The notes beneath the pieces are model-generated. The model ran no database searches, was not told the DNA's origin, and worked only from the letters and a program-made list of their open reading frames with translations. Positions 37,376-47,249 of a stretch of DNA of 58,620 bases are shown one piece after another. Each line of letters starts with the position of its first letter. The first letter of the stretch is position 1. The DNA comes from Limisphaerales bacterium (GTDB lineage: Bacteria; Verrucomicrobiota; Verrucomicrobiia; Limisphaerales; UBA11358), in the NCBI GenBank assembly GCA_003134375.1, contig PLAY01000182.1:1-58620 (forward strand), given 5' to 3'. The position numbers and the translations under genes are program-made.

Positions 37376-40300
37376 ACGAACCAGAAATCCAACCCGGCAT
37401 TCGCGTTCGCATCATCGGTAATCCGGAGCGTAGTGGCACTATCACATCGCCGCCGAATTCCAAATACGTCAACGACGTTCTTATGGCGCGCGTTCATTTC
37501 GATGGAACGCATGTTCCCGCTTGGCAACGCGCCGCCAACCTCGAAGCTATCTCCGCACAGGCCGACCCGCTGGACGACCTCCGCCACGGACGCGTTCACG
37601 GCATTGCCAGCTTCCAGCGGATTCTTACGCATGAAAAGTTGAGCGGACGCCTCGCGAATGTCATCTACTCGATGGAAACCTCCCAGACGGAGTTTCTTCC
37701 CTATCAATTCAAGCCGGTATTGAAGCTCCTCGAATCTCCCACGAACAGCCTGCTGATTGCCGACGAGGTCGGTTTGGGCAAGACCATCGAAGCTGGACTC
37801 ATCTGGACTGAACTTCGCGCCCGTTCGGGTGCGCGCAATCTTCTGGTCGTTTGTCCGCCTCACCTGCGCGACAAGTGGCAAACAGAATTGAAAAACCGCT
37901 TTGGCGTGCGAGCGGACATCTGCAATGCTCGGGAACTTTTAGAGCACCTTGCCCAGCTTAAACAGGACCCAAATCATTCCTTCGCCGTCATCTGCTCCTA
38001 CCACGGCCTTCGTCCGCCGGCAAAATGGGAGGAACAACTTCCCAACGTCAGCCCCCAGATTGGGTTGGCCCATCTCCTCTCCGAATTGTCCGTGGATTCA
38101 ACCCCGCTCGACCTCGTCGTAATGGATGAAGCACATTACATGCGCAATGGTGGAAACTGCACCGCAGAACTCGGCGAGTTGGCGACGGCGGCGGCCGCAC
38201 ACCGCGTCTTTTTGTCAGCTACACCCATTCACACCCAGAATGAGAACCTTTACAATCTGTTGCGCTTACTTGACCCGGACACGTTTAATAGCGAACACGC
38301 CTTCCGCAGTATTCTCGAAGCTAACGCGCCTCTCGTTCGGCTCCGCGACTTGCTCCTGAATCCACATGGTCTGTTCCCGGAAATTCGTGAACAGTTGACC
38401 GCAGCGGCGTCCAATCCCTTTCTCGCGGGCAGTCGTGTGTTGGAAAGTCTCCAAAAGGAACTAGCGGGTGATTCCAATCTGTTGTCCAGTCCTCAGAGTC
38501 GCAGCGAACTCGCACACCGTGTCGAAAGAGTCAATCTCCTAGGCTATGCCATCAATCGCACACGCAAACGGGACATCCCCGGCAAACGAGTCGAGCGCGA
38601 GGTAAAGACGGTCAAGGTAACACTGTCCGAGCACGAGCGTGCTTTTTATGATGGCGTCACCGAATTGGTGCTGCGTTACGCCGACCAACATGACCTTCCG
38701 GGTGGTTTTCTGTATGTCATGCCTCAACGTCAAATCGCCAGTTGCATGGCTGCGGCCTGTGCCCGGTGGGCGTCCGTGTCGGGCGAAGTCGAAGAAGATG
38801 TTGAAGTCAGCCCCGACTCCAGCGGAGCGGAGGAAGACCCCCATGGACCTGGCCCGCTGGTTCAATTCATCAGCGAAAACATCCGCGACCTTGCGACCAC
38901 CGCCCAGCTTCAAACTGAAGACACCAAGTTTCGGATGCTCGTGCAGACGCTTAAAAATTACTGGCAGGAATACCCATCCGGCAAAGTCGTGCTCTTCTCT
39001 TACTTCCGACCAACGCTACACTACCTCCGCAATCGTCTTGCTGCCGAGGGTGTTCAGTCATTCCTGCTTCTCGGCGGAATGGCTGAGAGCAAGCAGGACG
39101 TCGTAAATGGTTTCCGTAACTCCGATACGATTCGACTACTGCTCTCCTCTGAGGTGGGAAGCGAAGGTTTGGACATTGAGTTCGCACGCGTTCTCATTAA
39201 TTACGATCTGCCTTGGAATCCCATGGTCGTTGAGCAACGCATTGGCCGCCTTGACCGCATTGGCCAGGAGGCGGACCAAATTCTGATCTTCAATCTCATA
39301 GCTGAAGACACAATTGATGAGCGCATCTACGAACGCCTTTACAAACGCCTCAATCTGTTCCGCCGCGCCTTGGGCGATCTTGAACCGGTCTTGGGTCCGA
39401 TCATCTCGGAATTAACCCGCGACTTGCTCACTCACAGACTGACCGAGCAGCAACAGCAGGAGCGAGTCAAGGCCGCCGAACAGGCCATTGCCTATGGTAT
39501 TCGGGTTCAAGAGGAACTCGAAGAGAAGGCTGCTGTCCTTGCCGCTCACGGTGATTACATTCTGAGGCAAGTAGAAGCGAGTCATAAACTACAACGCTGG
39601 ATTAAAGCCGACGAAATCGAACGCTACGTTTTGGACTTCTTCCTTAAATGTTTTCCAGCAACGCGCTTGCAGTGCGCAAATGCCCGGGAACACTGTTTCG
39701 ACATCAGCCTAGATCAGGATGCGTTCTGCGATTTCGACCGTTTCCTGCAAATTCACAATCTTGTCGGGCAAACACGGCTTAACACCACCCAAAATCGCCG
39801 GATTCGTTTCGACAACCGCACGTTCTTGAAAAGTCCGGCTGGTGATGAGATCGTCAGCCAGTCCCATCCGTTTGTGCGCTTTGCCGCCTGGAAAACCCGG
39901 ACCGATCAACTTGTTCAATCCGTGCCTGTCGCAGTCCAACTCACCCGGTCGGCACTTCCCGAGGGAGTCGTGCCCAATGTCTATGTCTTCAACGTTCAAC
40001 GTTGGCAGGTTGCGGGTTTGCGCGAAGTCGAAAAGTTGCACATCGTCGCGGCCTCGCTAGTAGATGGCCATTTGCTTGACCAAAACCTTGCCGAACGCCT
40101 TGTTGACCACGCGTTGACCGACGGCGAAGATTGGCGTGACCCCAATCTGGACGCCAATCTCGCCCTGGTCGCCGAGCGGGTGATAACATTGGATGACTTG
40201 GCGTCCGACGAGTTTCTGAAGTTCGAGCAACAATGCATGGATGAAAATCAAGACCGGGCAACTATCCAGATAACCTCGATTGACCGCTTCGAGTCCCGCC

Positions 40301-40491
40301 GACTTCAGAGGCTGAACGAAGTTCTCCGGATGCACATGGATAAAGGCCGCTCCAGTCTTGCCGAGGCCACCCACGGGCAAATAACCAAGTTGAAAGAGCG
40401 CTGCGAAGTGCAGCGGCGAGCAATACGCGACCGTGCCAAAACCGAAGCTGCGTATCACCAGATATGCTGTGGCCTGATCAGAGCGACGTGA
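37372..40491 (+). CDS. SNF2-family helicase; likely start ATG 37372
   Basis: LIADEVGLGKT, MDEAH, SATP, NYDLPWNPMVVEQRIGRLDRIGQ; ATGA overlap. Confidence 0.9.
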   Translation: MNEPEIQPGIRVRIIGNPERSGTITSPPNSKYVNDVLMARVHFDGTHVPAWQRAANLEAISAQADPLDDLRHGRVHGIASFQRILTHEKLSGRLANVIYSMETSQTEFLPYQFKPVLKLLESPTNSLLIADEVGLGKTIEAGLIWTELRARSGARNLLVVCPPHLRDKWQTELKNRFGVRADICNARELLEHLAQLKQDPNHSFAVICSYHGLRPPAKWEEQLPNVSPQIGLAHLLSELSVDSTPLDLVVMDEAHYMRNGGNCTAELGELATAAAAHRVFLSATPIHTQNENLYNLLRLLDPDTFNSEHAFRSILEANAPLVRLRDLLLNPHGLFPEIREQLTAAASNPFLAGSRVLESLQKELAGDSNLLSSPQSRSELAHRVERVNLLGYAINRTRKRDIPGKRVEREVKTVKVTLSEHERAFYDGVTELVLRYADQHDLPGGFLYVMPQRQIASCMAAACARWASVSGEVEEDVEVSPDSSGAEEDPHGPGPLVQFISENIRDLATTAQLQTEDTKFRMLVQTLKNYWQEYPSGKVVLFSYFRPTLHYLRNRLAAEGVQSFLLLGGMAESKQDVVNGFRNSDTIRLLLSSEVGSEGLDIEFARVLINYDLPWNPMVVEQRIGRLDRIGQEADQILIFNLIAEDTIDERIYERLYKRLNLFRRALGDLEPVLGPIISELTRDLLTHRLTEQQQQERVKAAEQAIAYGIRVQEELEEKAAVLAAHGDYILRQVEASHKLQRWIKADEIERYVLDFFLKCFPATRLQCANAREHCFDISLDQDAFCDFDRFLQIHNLVGQTRLNTTQNRRIRFDNRTFLKSPAGDEIVSQSHPFVRFAAWKTRTDQLVQSVPVAVQLTRSALPEGVVPNVYVFNVQRWQVAGLREVEKLHIVAASLVDGHLLDQNLAERLVDHALTDGEDWRDPNLDANLALVAERVITLDDLASDEFLKFEQQCMDENQDRATIQITSIDRFESRRLQRLNEVLRMHMDKGRSSLAEATHGQITKLKERCEVQRRAIRDRAKTEAAYHQICCGLIRAT

Positions 40492-40514
40492 CCATGATTT
40501 TCAAGGACTAGCGA

Positions 40515-42131
40515 ATGGCAAATTGGTTTAAGAGCATACTTGGTTGGTTCAAGCAACCGATCGCTTCGGGCTCCACGCCGCAGACGGACGCTACCCAGCC
40601 ATCGCCCTCAGCATCCCCGGCTCAGGCCAATCTGTCCGACAAGAAAAGCAAAAGGCCATTAACATTTGAACCATCCACAACTCCAAAGCCCGAACCTGAA
40701 CGAGCCGAACCCTCCACGGTTACTCGCTACCAAGAATCTTCCGCGCTGACCTCTTTGCCTGCACCTCCGTTTTCTTCGCCTCAATCTGTTGCGGACCTGA
40801 CGATCGGCTTCGATTTGGGCACCAGTTGCAGCAAAGTGGCTGTTGGCGACAGCATACTTGGCAGTCAACACGGCGTGCCATTCAACACGCGTGCGCACGG
40901 AGTCGCGAAATACCTTTTCCCCACCCGATTCTATGAAGGTGCTGACGGGATTTCCTTGTCCTCTGGTCAACAGGCCAAGTTTGTATCGAATTTGAAACTC
41001 CGGCTGACCGAGGCTGTGGAAAACCACGGCGACACAAGCGGGTCGGAAACTGACTTGGCAATTTACGTGGCACTCGTGTTGAAACACACCCTTGCGTGGT
41101 ATGAGCAACATCGCGCTGGCGACCATCGCGCTAGGGCGCGTTGCTGGTGGCTAAGTTTCGGATTTCCGGCCAAGCGCGTGGATAACAATCCACGACTTCA
41201 TAAAACGTATCAGCGCTTTGCCGGGGCTGCCATCCAGGCCGTGAACTCAGGCGAGCACATAACTCGCGAATTGATCCAGCACTGTCTCGGCGGGACTCCG
41301 CTGGATGGAGATTCAAAACAGGTGCTTTCCTTGGATCGGGTGAGTTTCTATCCAGAGATTGCCGCCCAACTCGCGGGTTATGTCTATTCCCGCTACCGCA
41401 CCACCGGGCCGCTGATGCTTATCGATGTCGGCGCCGGCACGCTCGATATTTCCACCTTGATCCTCCACCAAAACGCGCATGAAGAAGTGTGTTCGTTCCA
41501 CTTCTGTGAAGTTGCACAGCTCGGAGCGTTCCGTTTGTATGAACAAATCCACCATGCCCTTGCCACCGTTTCGCCGGCTGCCGTGGACACTTTGGTCAGC
41601 ATCGGTTCCGACCAGGATTGGCATGTCCCCGAATCCGCTGGTGAATACTTGCGAGCCATCTCGGTCGTCACTAATCCCATGAAGGCTGCCTTCCATTCGA
41701 CGCGGGAGACATTCGCACTGAAATGTTTAGAGAAGGCATTATCGAACTTCTCCGCCTTTAAGCAATTTCTGGATCAACCATTTCGCGACGCGGACCAAAG
41801 ACCACAGGCATTTCGCCAAAACGTGAACATCATTCTGTCCGGCGGCGGAAGCCGTGCAATTTTTTACCGTAAACTCTTTCCTGAGCGATTGGAAGAAACT
41901 GTTGTAAACAGCGGTTTGACCACATGGAAGCTGGACCCCGGACGAAGGAAGATCGACGGACAGGGATTCCATCCTCGCCATTTGATGAAGCCCGATAAGT
42001 TCATCGTCAGTGGTGTCGAGTCCGACGACTTTGATCGCTTGAGTGTCGCACATGGTTTGTCACTCAGTTCTGAAACCCTTTTGCAGATTACCGCCAAAGA
42101 AATGTCTGACCGGCAGTGGAATGGCCGTTGA
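40515..42131 (+). CDS. Actin/Hsp70-like (ASKHA) ATPase with a disordered N-terminus
   Basis: GFDLGTSCSK, YPEIAAQ, IDVGAGTLD, LSGGGS, SVAHGL. Confidence 0.8.
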   Translation: MANWFKSILGWFKQPIASGSTPQTDATQPSPSASPAQANLSDKKSKRPLTFEPSTTPKPEPERAEPSTVTRYQESSALTSLPAPPFSSPQSVADLTIGFDLGTSCSKVAVGDSILGSQHGVPFNTRAHGVAKYLFPTRFYEGADGISLSSGQQAKFVSNLKLRLTEAVENHGDTSGSETDLAIYVALVLKHTLAWYEQHRAGDHRARARCWWLSFGFPAKRVDNNPRLHKTYQRFAGAAIQAVNSGEHITRELIQHCLGGTPLDGDSKQVLSLDRVSFYPEIAAQLAGYVYSRYRTTGPLMLIDVGAGTLDISTLILHQNAHEEVCSFHFCEVAQLGAFRLYEQIHHALATVSPAAVDTLVSIGSDQDWHVPESAGEYLRAISVVTNPMKAAFHSTRETFALKCLEKALSNFSAFKQFLDQPFRDADQRPQAFRQNVNIILSGGGSRAIFYRKLFPERLEETVVNSGLTTWKLDPGRRKIDGQGFHPRHLMKPDKFIVSGVESDDFDRLSVAHGLSLSSETLLQITAKEMSDRQWNGR

Positions 42132-42316
42132 GTTCAGGCCGCTCGCTCCCCCCCCCGCTCGGCGCAACTTGTGATTACAGCCCGTGAAACGCCCGATGCC
42201 GGTTGATTGGGCACGAAAATACACAACCGCGCGCAACTCGCCCAGCCAAGGATTGCCTTAATTTGTGAAAAAAGAGTGAGACTTCGGAATTTGCTCCATT
42301 CGTTTTTTACTGCCGC

Positions 42317-42550
42317 CGTGACCAACGCGCGGTTTGCTTCGCTCCACGGGCTGACGGTCGTCCCTGTCTCCCTCTCGACCACGCCCGTTCCACTCCGCAA
42401 ACCGCGCGCTCGTCACGAGCTGCAATAAATTAGCCGCATCAGCGGCTGGCTTCCGTCTGCGGCTCGGCGGCGGCGTTGCGCTCCGGCTCCGTTCCCGCCG
42501 TCTCTCCGCCTACGCTCCACTGTTTCCGCTCGCCGACCGCAGACCGAAGC
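42317..42550. repeat. Structured inter-cassette repeat, copy R3 (full length)
   Basis: cgtgaccaacgcgcggtttgc...gcaaaccgcgcgctcgtcacg; gcttccgtctgcgg...ccgcagaccgaagc. Confidence 0.9.
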
Positions 42551-42593
42551 CTTTTCAGACAAAACTACAAATCTGTGCGCCGAACATTTTCAA

Positions 42594-44117
42594 TTATCGA
42601 GCCAATGGGCGAAGCAGACTCAATTTCAATGGGCGCGGCCAGTGGGATGGTTTCGTTATCGCGGCATCAGCCTGATCACCGTGACCGATGATTTTTCCGC
42701 AAGTGCATGATGCCGTTCGTTTCCGGTTGATAATTTTGAAACCGAACTCTGGTTGTCCAAGGTCATACTGAAAACGTGAATGAGGCAAGTCACTTGTTCC
42801 GGCCAGCCAATTGATTGCGTATCCCGCCGCAAGGCTGCCGGCATTTGTCGTCAAATAGCCAACCGTCGGAAGTTGCGCGAGATCCCCGCCCCAATATATC
42901 GTGCCGTCCTCGCCACGCTTGGCCGCTTCCGCTGCCGCATCTTTCCGCTGCTTGCGTTCATCGTCGGTCATGCACTCAACGGTAATTGGCCATGTGCTGA
43001 CGCAGTTGGAGCAAAAAGCACAGGGCAATTCGGGTGCATAGCGCGTTATCTCCACAAGTTGAGCCGTCACCTTGCCGTCGTGGCCTTCGGGCATGACACC
43101 GACATCAATTGCTGGCACAAAATACCGTGCGGCAATGTCGCCAAGCGCTGCACGCCCATGATGCGTGTCGGTGCAGCCAAGCAATAAATCACATCGCAGA
43201 AGTTCACCGAGAACCTCCTCATCGAGGATGTTTCCCACGAACGCTGTGATTCGTGCCGACGGATTGATTTCCCAAATCATTTCCGCCATCAACTCGATTT
43301 TGTAAGGCAGCGGATTCCTTTGCGTGTGCGCGAACCGGCTGCCGTGGATACGCTCCAAATTCGAGCGGTCAAACCGTTGGTAATCCACAATCACAAACTC
43401 GCCGACGCCGGCGCGGGCAAGACATTCGATTGCGGGCGATCCAGTTCCAGAACAACCGATGATTCCAACGCGAGATTCCGGCAATTTTCGCGCGGCACTT
43501 TTGCCATACAATTGTTCCAGACGAGCCGTGACGGATTCTTCGGCGCAGTCCGAATCAGAAATATTCGGCTTGGGGATTTCGATTTCATCGTTTTGCAATC
43601 GGTCATAGGGAAAGGTTGGCGTGATGAATTCCGAAACTGGAAACCATTTTCCTGAATCAAATGCCCGACCGCTGAAAACGAGTTCCTCGTTGTCGCGACG
43701 ATTCAGAATCAGACTGCAATATGGCCGCGAATTGCCATACGGTTCAAACAAGTCCGCAAAATAGCCATCCATGTCGTCATCAGAGGAGCTTGGCGAAACG
43801 CCCCAGCCGTGCGGATGCGAATGGGCGATGCCGATTCCAAACGGTGTGCCTTCCAGTTCTTTCAGCGCCCGTGAAATATATTGCGAGCGAAACGAAACGA
43901 TGGAGCTTTGCCGGTTCAAATCGCCCGGCAACGGCGGCATCGCGCTTACAAAAGTCACAGCCAATCCCCATGCCGTTCGCCGGTAACCGAAGCGGAAGAA
44001 GCTGCCCCATTCGCGCTCTGGATGGCGCTGGAACAGTAATTTTTCAAACTTCTTCCGCTCCGGTTCCGTAATGCGAAACAGACATGAGCGCCTTGAATCG
44101 AATTCAGGGAATTTCAT
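42594..44117 (-). CDS. JAB peptidase - E1/ThiF fusion (BubCD-like)
   Basis: JAB motif HSHP...SSSDD; E1 motifs GCSGTGS, SNLERIHG, CTD, CAFC and CTC. Confidence 0.85.
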   Translation of the reverse strand: MKFPEFDSRRSCLFRITEPERKKFEKLLFQRHPEREWGSFFRFGYRRTAWGLAVTFVSAMPPLPGDLNRQSSIVSFRSQYISRALKELEGTPFGIGIAHSHPHGWGVSPSSSDDDMDGYFADLFEPYGNSRPYCSLILNRRDNEELVFSGRAFDSGKWFPVSEFITPTFPYDRLQNDEIEIPKPNISDSDCAEESVTARLEQLYGKSAARKLPESRVGIIGCSGTGSPAIECLARAGVGEFVIVDYQRFDRSNLERIHGSRFAHTQRNPLPYKIELMAEMIWEINPSARITAFVGNILDEEVLGELLRCDLLLGCTDTHHGRAALGDIAARYFVPAIDVGVMPEGHDGKVTAQLVEITRYAPELPCAFCSNCVSTWPITVECMTDDERKQRKDAAAEAAKRGEDGTIYWGGDLAQLPTVGYLTTNAGSLAAGYAINWLAGTSDLPHSRFQYDLGQPEFGFKIINRKRTASCTCGKIIGHGDQADAAITKPSHWPRPLKLSLLRPLAR

Positions 44118-44119
44118 GT

Positions 44120-45256
44120 TTAGTTCGCTTTGTAGAGCCAGGACAACATTTCATCGTAATAGGTGTGGAAACCGTAACGGTCTTTGTTCCACGCTGCCCC
44201 GTTTCCGCTATACGGGTGGATGCTGATTTGCCGCCATACGCGACCACCGAATGTTTCAGCCCCCTGAACGCCACCCGGCACGCGACCCAAAAGTGGCGAG
44301 CCTTCCGGCAGATAGGCGTTATCAATAAATGCCGCCGGATAACCGCCCGGCACTTTTACCAGCACGTCGGAACTGCCCGCCGGATGTCCGGGCCGCGTTG
44401 GGATTCCCACATATACAACCGCAGGCACTGGCTCGGTGAGCAGCGTGACATTCACTCCATTTTCGCGGAGAAGCGCAATTTCACGCTCAACCCGGCTCGA
44501 TTGGAAGCCCGCGTTCACGTCGTTGCGGATGACCTTGAATTTTTCGCATTCGTGAATTTTGATTTTTTCCGCCAGACCGACGGGGATTTCCTTTTCGTCA
44601 TGCTCGCCTTCAAGTCTGGAAACCGTCGTATTTTGCGGCTTGTCGTAAACGAGCGCGGCAATTTCCAAACCGGTCATTTCGGGTTTCACTCCCTGCGTTG
44701 AGTTGAACTTCTTTTTGTTGACGATGATCGTCAGCAGGTCGGTCCGTTTCCGCGAACGGAACACTTCACCGTCCCCAAGATTCACGGATGCGTCATCGCC
44801 GATGATTTCATCTGTCGGCGACTCGAAATCTTTGAGGAGTTCAACTTCATCAGGCAGATTGAACAAATCTCGAATCGAACGTCCGTTTTGGTCCGGCTTC
44901 ACGACGATTTCCCAGCGGTCGTCAACATCAATGACGCGCTTGGCTGGGGCTTCGCAGCCAGGTCGCGTCTCAACGTCACATGCGGGCACGGAATAAAATA
45001 CCGTGCCCTCGGCCAAATCCGCCGTCCCATTCTCCGGCATAATCACGTCATGCGGGGAGTTATGGTCGCGAATCAGCGCGTGGTCTTTTGGAATGTTCGC
45101 CTGCTCCTTGATGGCGGCCACCTTGACTAAGCGGCCCGGCATCGGGAAAAGTTGATCATTCACGACAATCGCTCGTTTTGGCGCAGGGCGACAATCTTGC
45201 GCGTGTTTTGCCCCGGCATCGCCGAGGCCCATTTCTGGTTCAGAACTTGCGTTCAT
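44120..45256 (-). CDS. Triple multi-ubiquitin domain protein fused to a prokaryotic E2-family-E domain (BubAB-like)
   Basis: Three beta-grasp-like repeats ending in DVNAG, followed by LVKVPGGYP...WRQISIH. Confidence 0.75.
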   Translation of the reverse strand: MNASSEPEMGLGDAGAKHAQDCRPAPKRAIVVNDQLFPMPGRLVKVAAIKEQANIPKDHALIRDHNSPHDVIMPENGTADLAEGTVFYSVPACDVETRPGCEAPAKRVIDVDDRWEIVVKPDQNGRSIRDLFNLPDEVELLKDFESPTDEIIGDDASVNLGDGEVFRSRKRTDLLTIIVNKKKFNSTQGVKPEMTGLEIAALVYDKPQNTTVSRLEGEHDEKEIPVGLAEKIKIHECEKFKVIRNDVNAGFQSSRVEREIALLRENGVNVTLLTEPVPAVVYVGIPTRPGHPAGSSDVLVKVPGGYPAAFIDNAYLPEGSPLLGRVPGGVQGAETFGGRVWRQISIHPYSGNGAAWNKDRYGFHTYYDEMLSWLYKAN

Positions 45257-45456
45257 ATTATTTTTTGCAAAAACCCTGACGACGCGCCATGTTCTTGCGG
45301 GAACTTCGTTCCGGCATCACAAGACGCCAACAACGTAGTTCGCTATACAAGTAGTCCTCGCTATTGCGAACGTCAACTATTTTCTTTGCGACTTTTTCGT
45401 GCTTGCAAGTATAGCCTGAATTTGGGAAGAATTACCCGACATGCAGAAATCCATTT

Positions 45457-45861
45457 ATGAATACCGTCGGTGACAGAATTAGAGCGCGCCGGCAGGAACT
45501 TGCCTGGACGCAGGAACAGCTCGCGGAGAAAGCGGGGATCAGCAAGGGCTTTCTTTCCGATTTGGAGACGGGCACACGAAATGTCAGTGCCGAATACTTG
45601 CTTAAAATAGCTCAAGCACTAAACGTCACGTTGGACTTTCTGATGAAAGGTGACTCCAGCAAACCCAGCACGAGTGAGGTTCAGATACCAGCGAGACTGT
45701 CAGACACAGCGAAACAGAAAAATCTGACTTTCGCGCAAACACTAATGTTGCTTGATATGCGACTTCAAATAAAAGCGCACCGCAGCAACACTCAAAGCGA
45801 CGACCTTGAAAAATTCGATTGGGAACGATTTTACGAGGCCGTGAAACATTTCCTAAAATGA
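45457..45861 (+). CDS. XRE-family HTH regulator (CapH-like)
   Basis: WTQEQLAEKAGISKGFLSDLETG; divergent from the ubiquitin-like operon. Confidence 0.85.
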   Translation: MNTVGDRIRARRQELAWTQEQLAEKAGISKGFLSDLETGTRNVSAEYLLKIAQALNVTLDFLMKGDSSKPSTSEVQIPARLSDTAKQKNLTFAQTLMLLDMRLQIKAHRSNTQSDDLEKFDWERFYEAVKHFLK

Positions 45862-46907
45862 ACACGTTAAGTCTCGACCCTAAAATCATCGGCATGGCCA
45901 GAGCCTTGAAGCTCGACGGGAACGATTCCGTTCAAGTCATCATGGGCTTTTGCCGCAAGCGCATAACCAAAATGCTGAAGTCGGCGGCGTCCGTCCAATC
46001 AATCTGGGATTTTGAAACAATTGTTTGCACGCATCTGAATTTGGTTATCCACGAAATTTGGAACGACGATGAATTGCGCGATTTCAGTCAGCGTTACGCA
46101 ATGGACGAAGGCGACCCAAAGTTTGCGGCTTTGGAAATGGAATTGGAGGGCGACGACACTTATGGTGTCCTTTATCAACGCAATGCGCTGAATGAGGCCG
46201 GGGAATATCAGTATGTTGCGTTTGTGGATTGTCGCGGTGATAAGAAGCACAAGCGTTTTTTCACTCGCTGGCATGAAATTGCCCACTGTTTGACGACCTA
46301 CGAACAATTCGAGTTCCCGTTCAAGCGAACGAACGCCGCCGACATCGAGAAAGACCCCGTTGAAAAACTGATGGACATGATTGCCGGCGATTTGGGATTC
46401 CTTGAACCTCTTTTTCGTCCGGTGCTTCATGGCGAACTTGGTAACAACCGATTGACCTTCGACACGGTTGAAGGTGTTCGGAATCGGTTCTGTCCAGATG
46501 CCAGTTTTCAGGCGACGCTCAATGCTTGCGTAGCCCATGCACCCACGCCGATAATTTTAATTGAAGCTGGCCTTGGCTTGAAACAAAGCCAAAAACGCGA
46601 ACTGCGTGATACCCAACTTCAACTGCTTCCAACCCGCCCGCCGAAACCATGCTTGCGCGTGCTGCGGTCTATGTCAAACGGCGCAGCGCGAAAAACCGGA
46701 TTTCTGGTTCACAAGAATTGGCGTGTTCCAGGCTTTTCTGTGATTGCGAAGGTTTTTAATTCCGATCTCGAAATCAATGACAAGGCGGTGGAAAACCTCG
46801 GCTCATGGAAATCTTCTGACGGAAGCTCACTTCAATATGTGAATGTTTTAATTCAGGCGCGCAAAATTCAGGGCAGAGTTTTTGCGATCATCAGTTTGAC
46901 GGAGTGA
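45858..46907 (+). CDS. ImmA/IrrE-family Zn metallopeptidase (CapP-like); likely start ATG 45858
   Basis: RFFTRWHEIAH and downstream EKLMD; ATGA overlap with the HTH gene. Confidence 0.8.
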   Translation: MNTLSLDPKIIGMARALKLDGNDSVQVIMGFCRKRITKMLKSAASVQSIWDFETIVCTHLNLVIHEIWNDDELRDFSQRYAMDEGDPKFAALEMELEGDDTYGVLYQRNALNEAGEYQYVAFVDCRGDKKHKRFFTRWHEIAHCLTTYEQFEFPFKRTNAADIEKDPVEKLMDMIAGDLGFLEPLFRPVLHGELGNNRLTFDTVEGVRNRFCPDASFQATLNACVAHAPTPIILIEAGLGLKQSQKRELRDTQLQLLPTRPPKPCLRVLRSMSNGAARKTGFLVHKNWRVPGFSVIAKVFNSDLEINDKAVENLGSWKSSDGSSLQYVNVLIQARKIQGRVFAIISLTE

Positions 46908-46950
46908 TTTAATCTTCAACTTCGCCGCTTATTTCCACTTTTTAGTCCCA

Positions 46951-47199
46951 TCGTGACCAACGCGCGGTTTGCTTCGCTTCAGGGCTGCCGGTCGGCCCTG
47001 TCTCCCTCTCGACCACGCCCGTTCCGCTTCGCAAACCGCGCGCTCGTCACGAGCGGCATTTGCGATGGGCCGCAAGACGCGGCGGGCTTCCGTCTGCGGC
47101 TCGGCGGCGGGGTTGCGCTCCGGCTTCGTTCCGCTAGGCGCTCCTCTCCGCTCTCCGCTCCACTTTCCCCGCTCGCCGACCGCAGACCGAAGCCGCGTC
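46951..47199. repeat. Structured inter-cassette repeat, copy R4 (full length)
   Basis: tcgtgac/gtcacga, cgcgcggtttgc/gcaaaccgcgcg and ggtcg/cgacc stems; gcttccgtctgcgg...ccgcagaccgaagc. Confidence 0.9.
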
Positions 47200-47214
47200 A
47201 AACGATGTGAAAGT

Positions 47215-47243
47215 TTGCGGCATCTCAATATGCCCAATATAAT
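47215..47243 (+). promoter_or_regulatory. Sigma70-like promoter, probably producing a leaderless mRNA
   Basis: TTGCGG-17-TATAAT, with the GTG start 7 nt downstream of the -10 box. Confidence 0.7.
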
Positions 47244-47249
47244 CAAACC

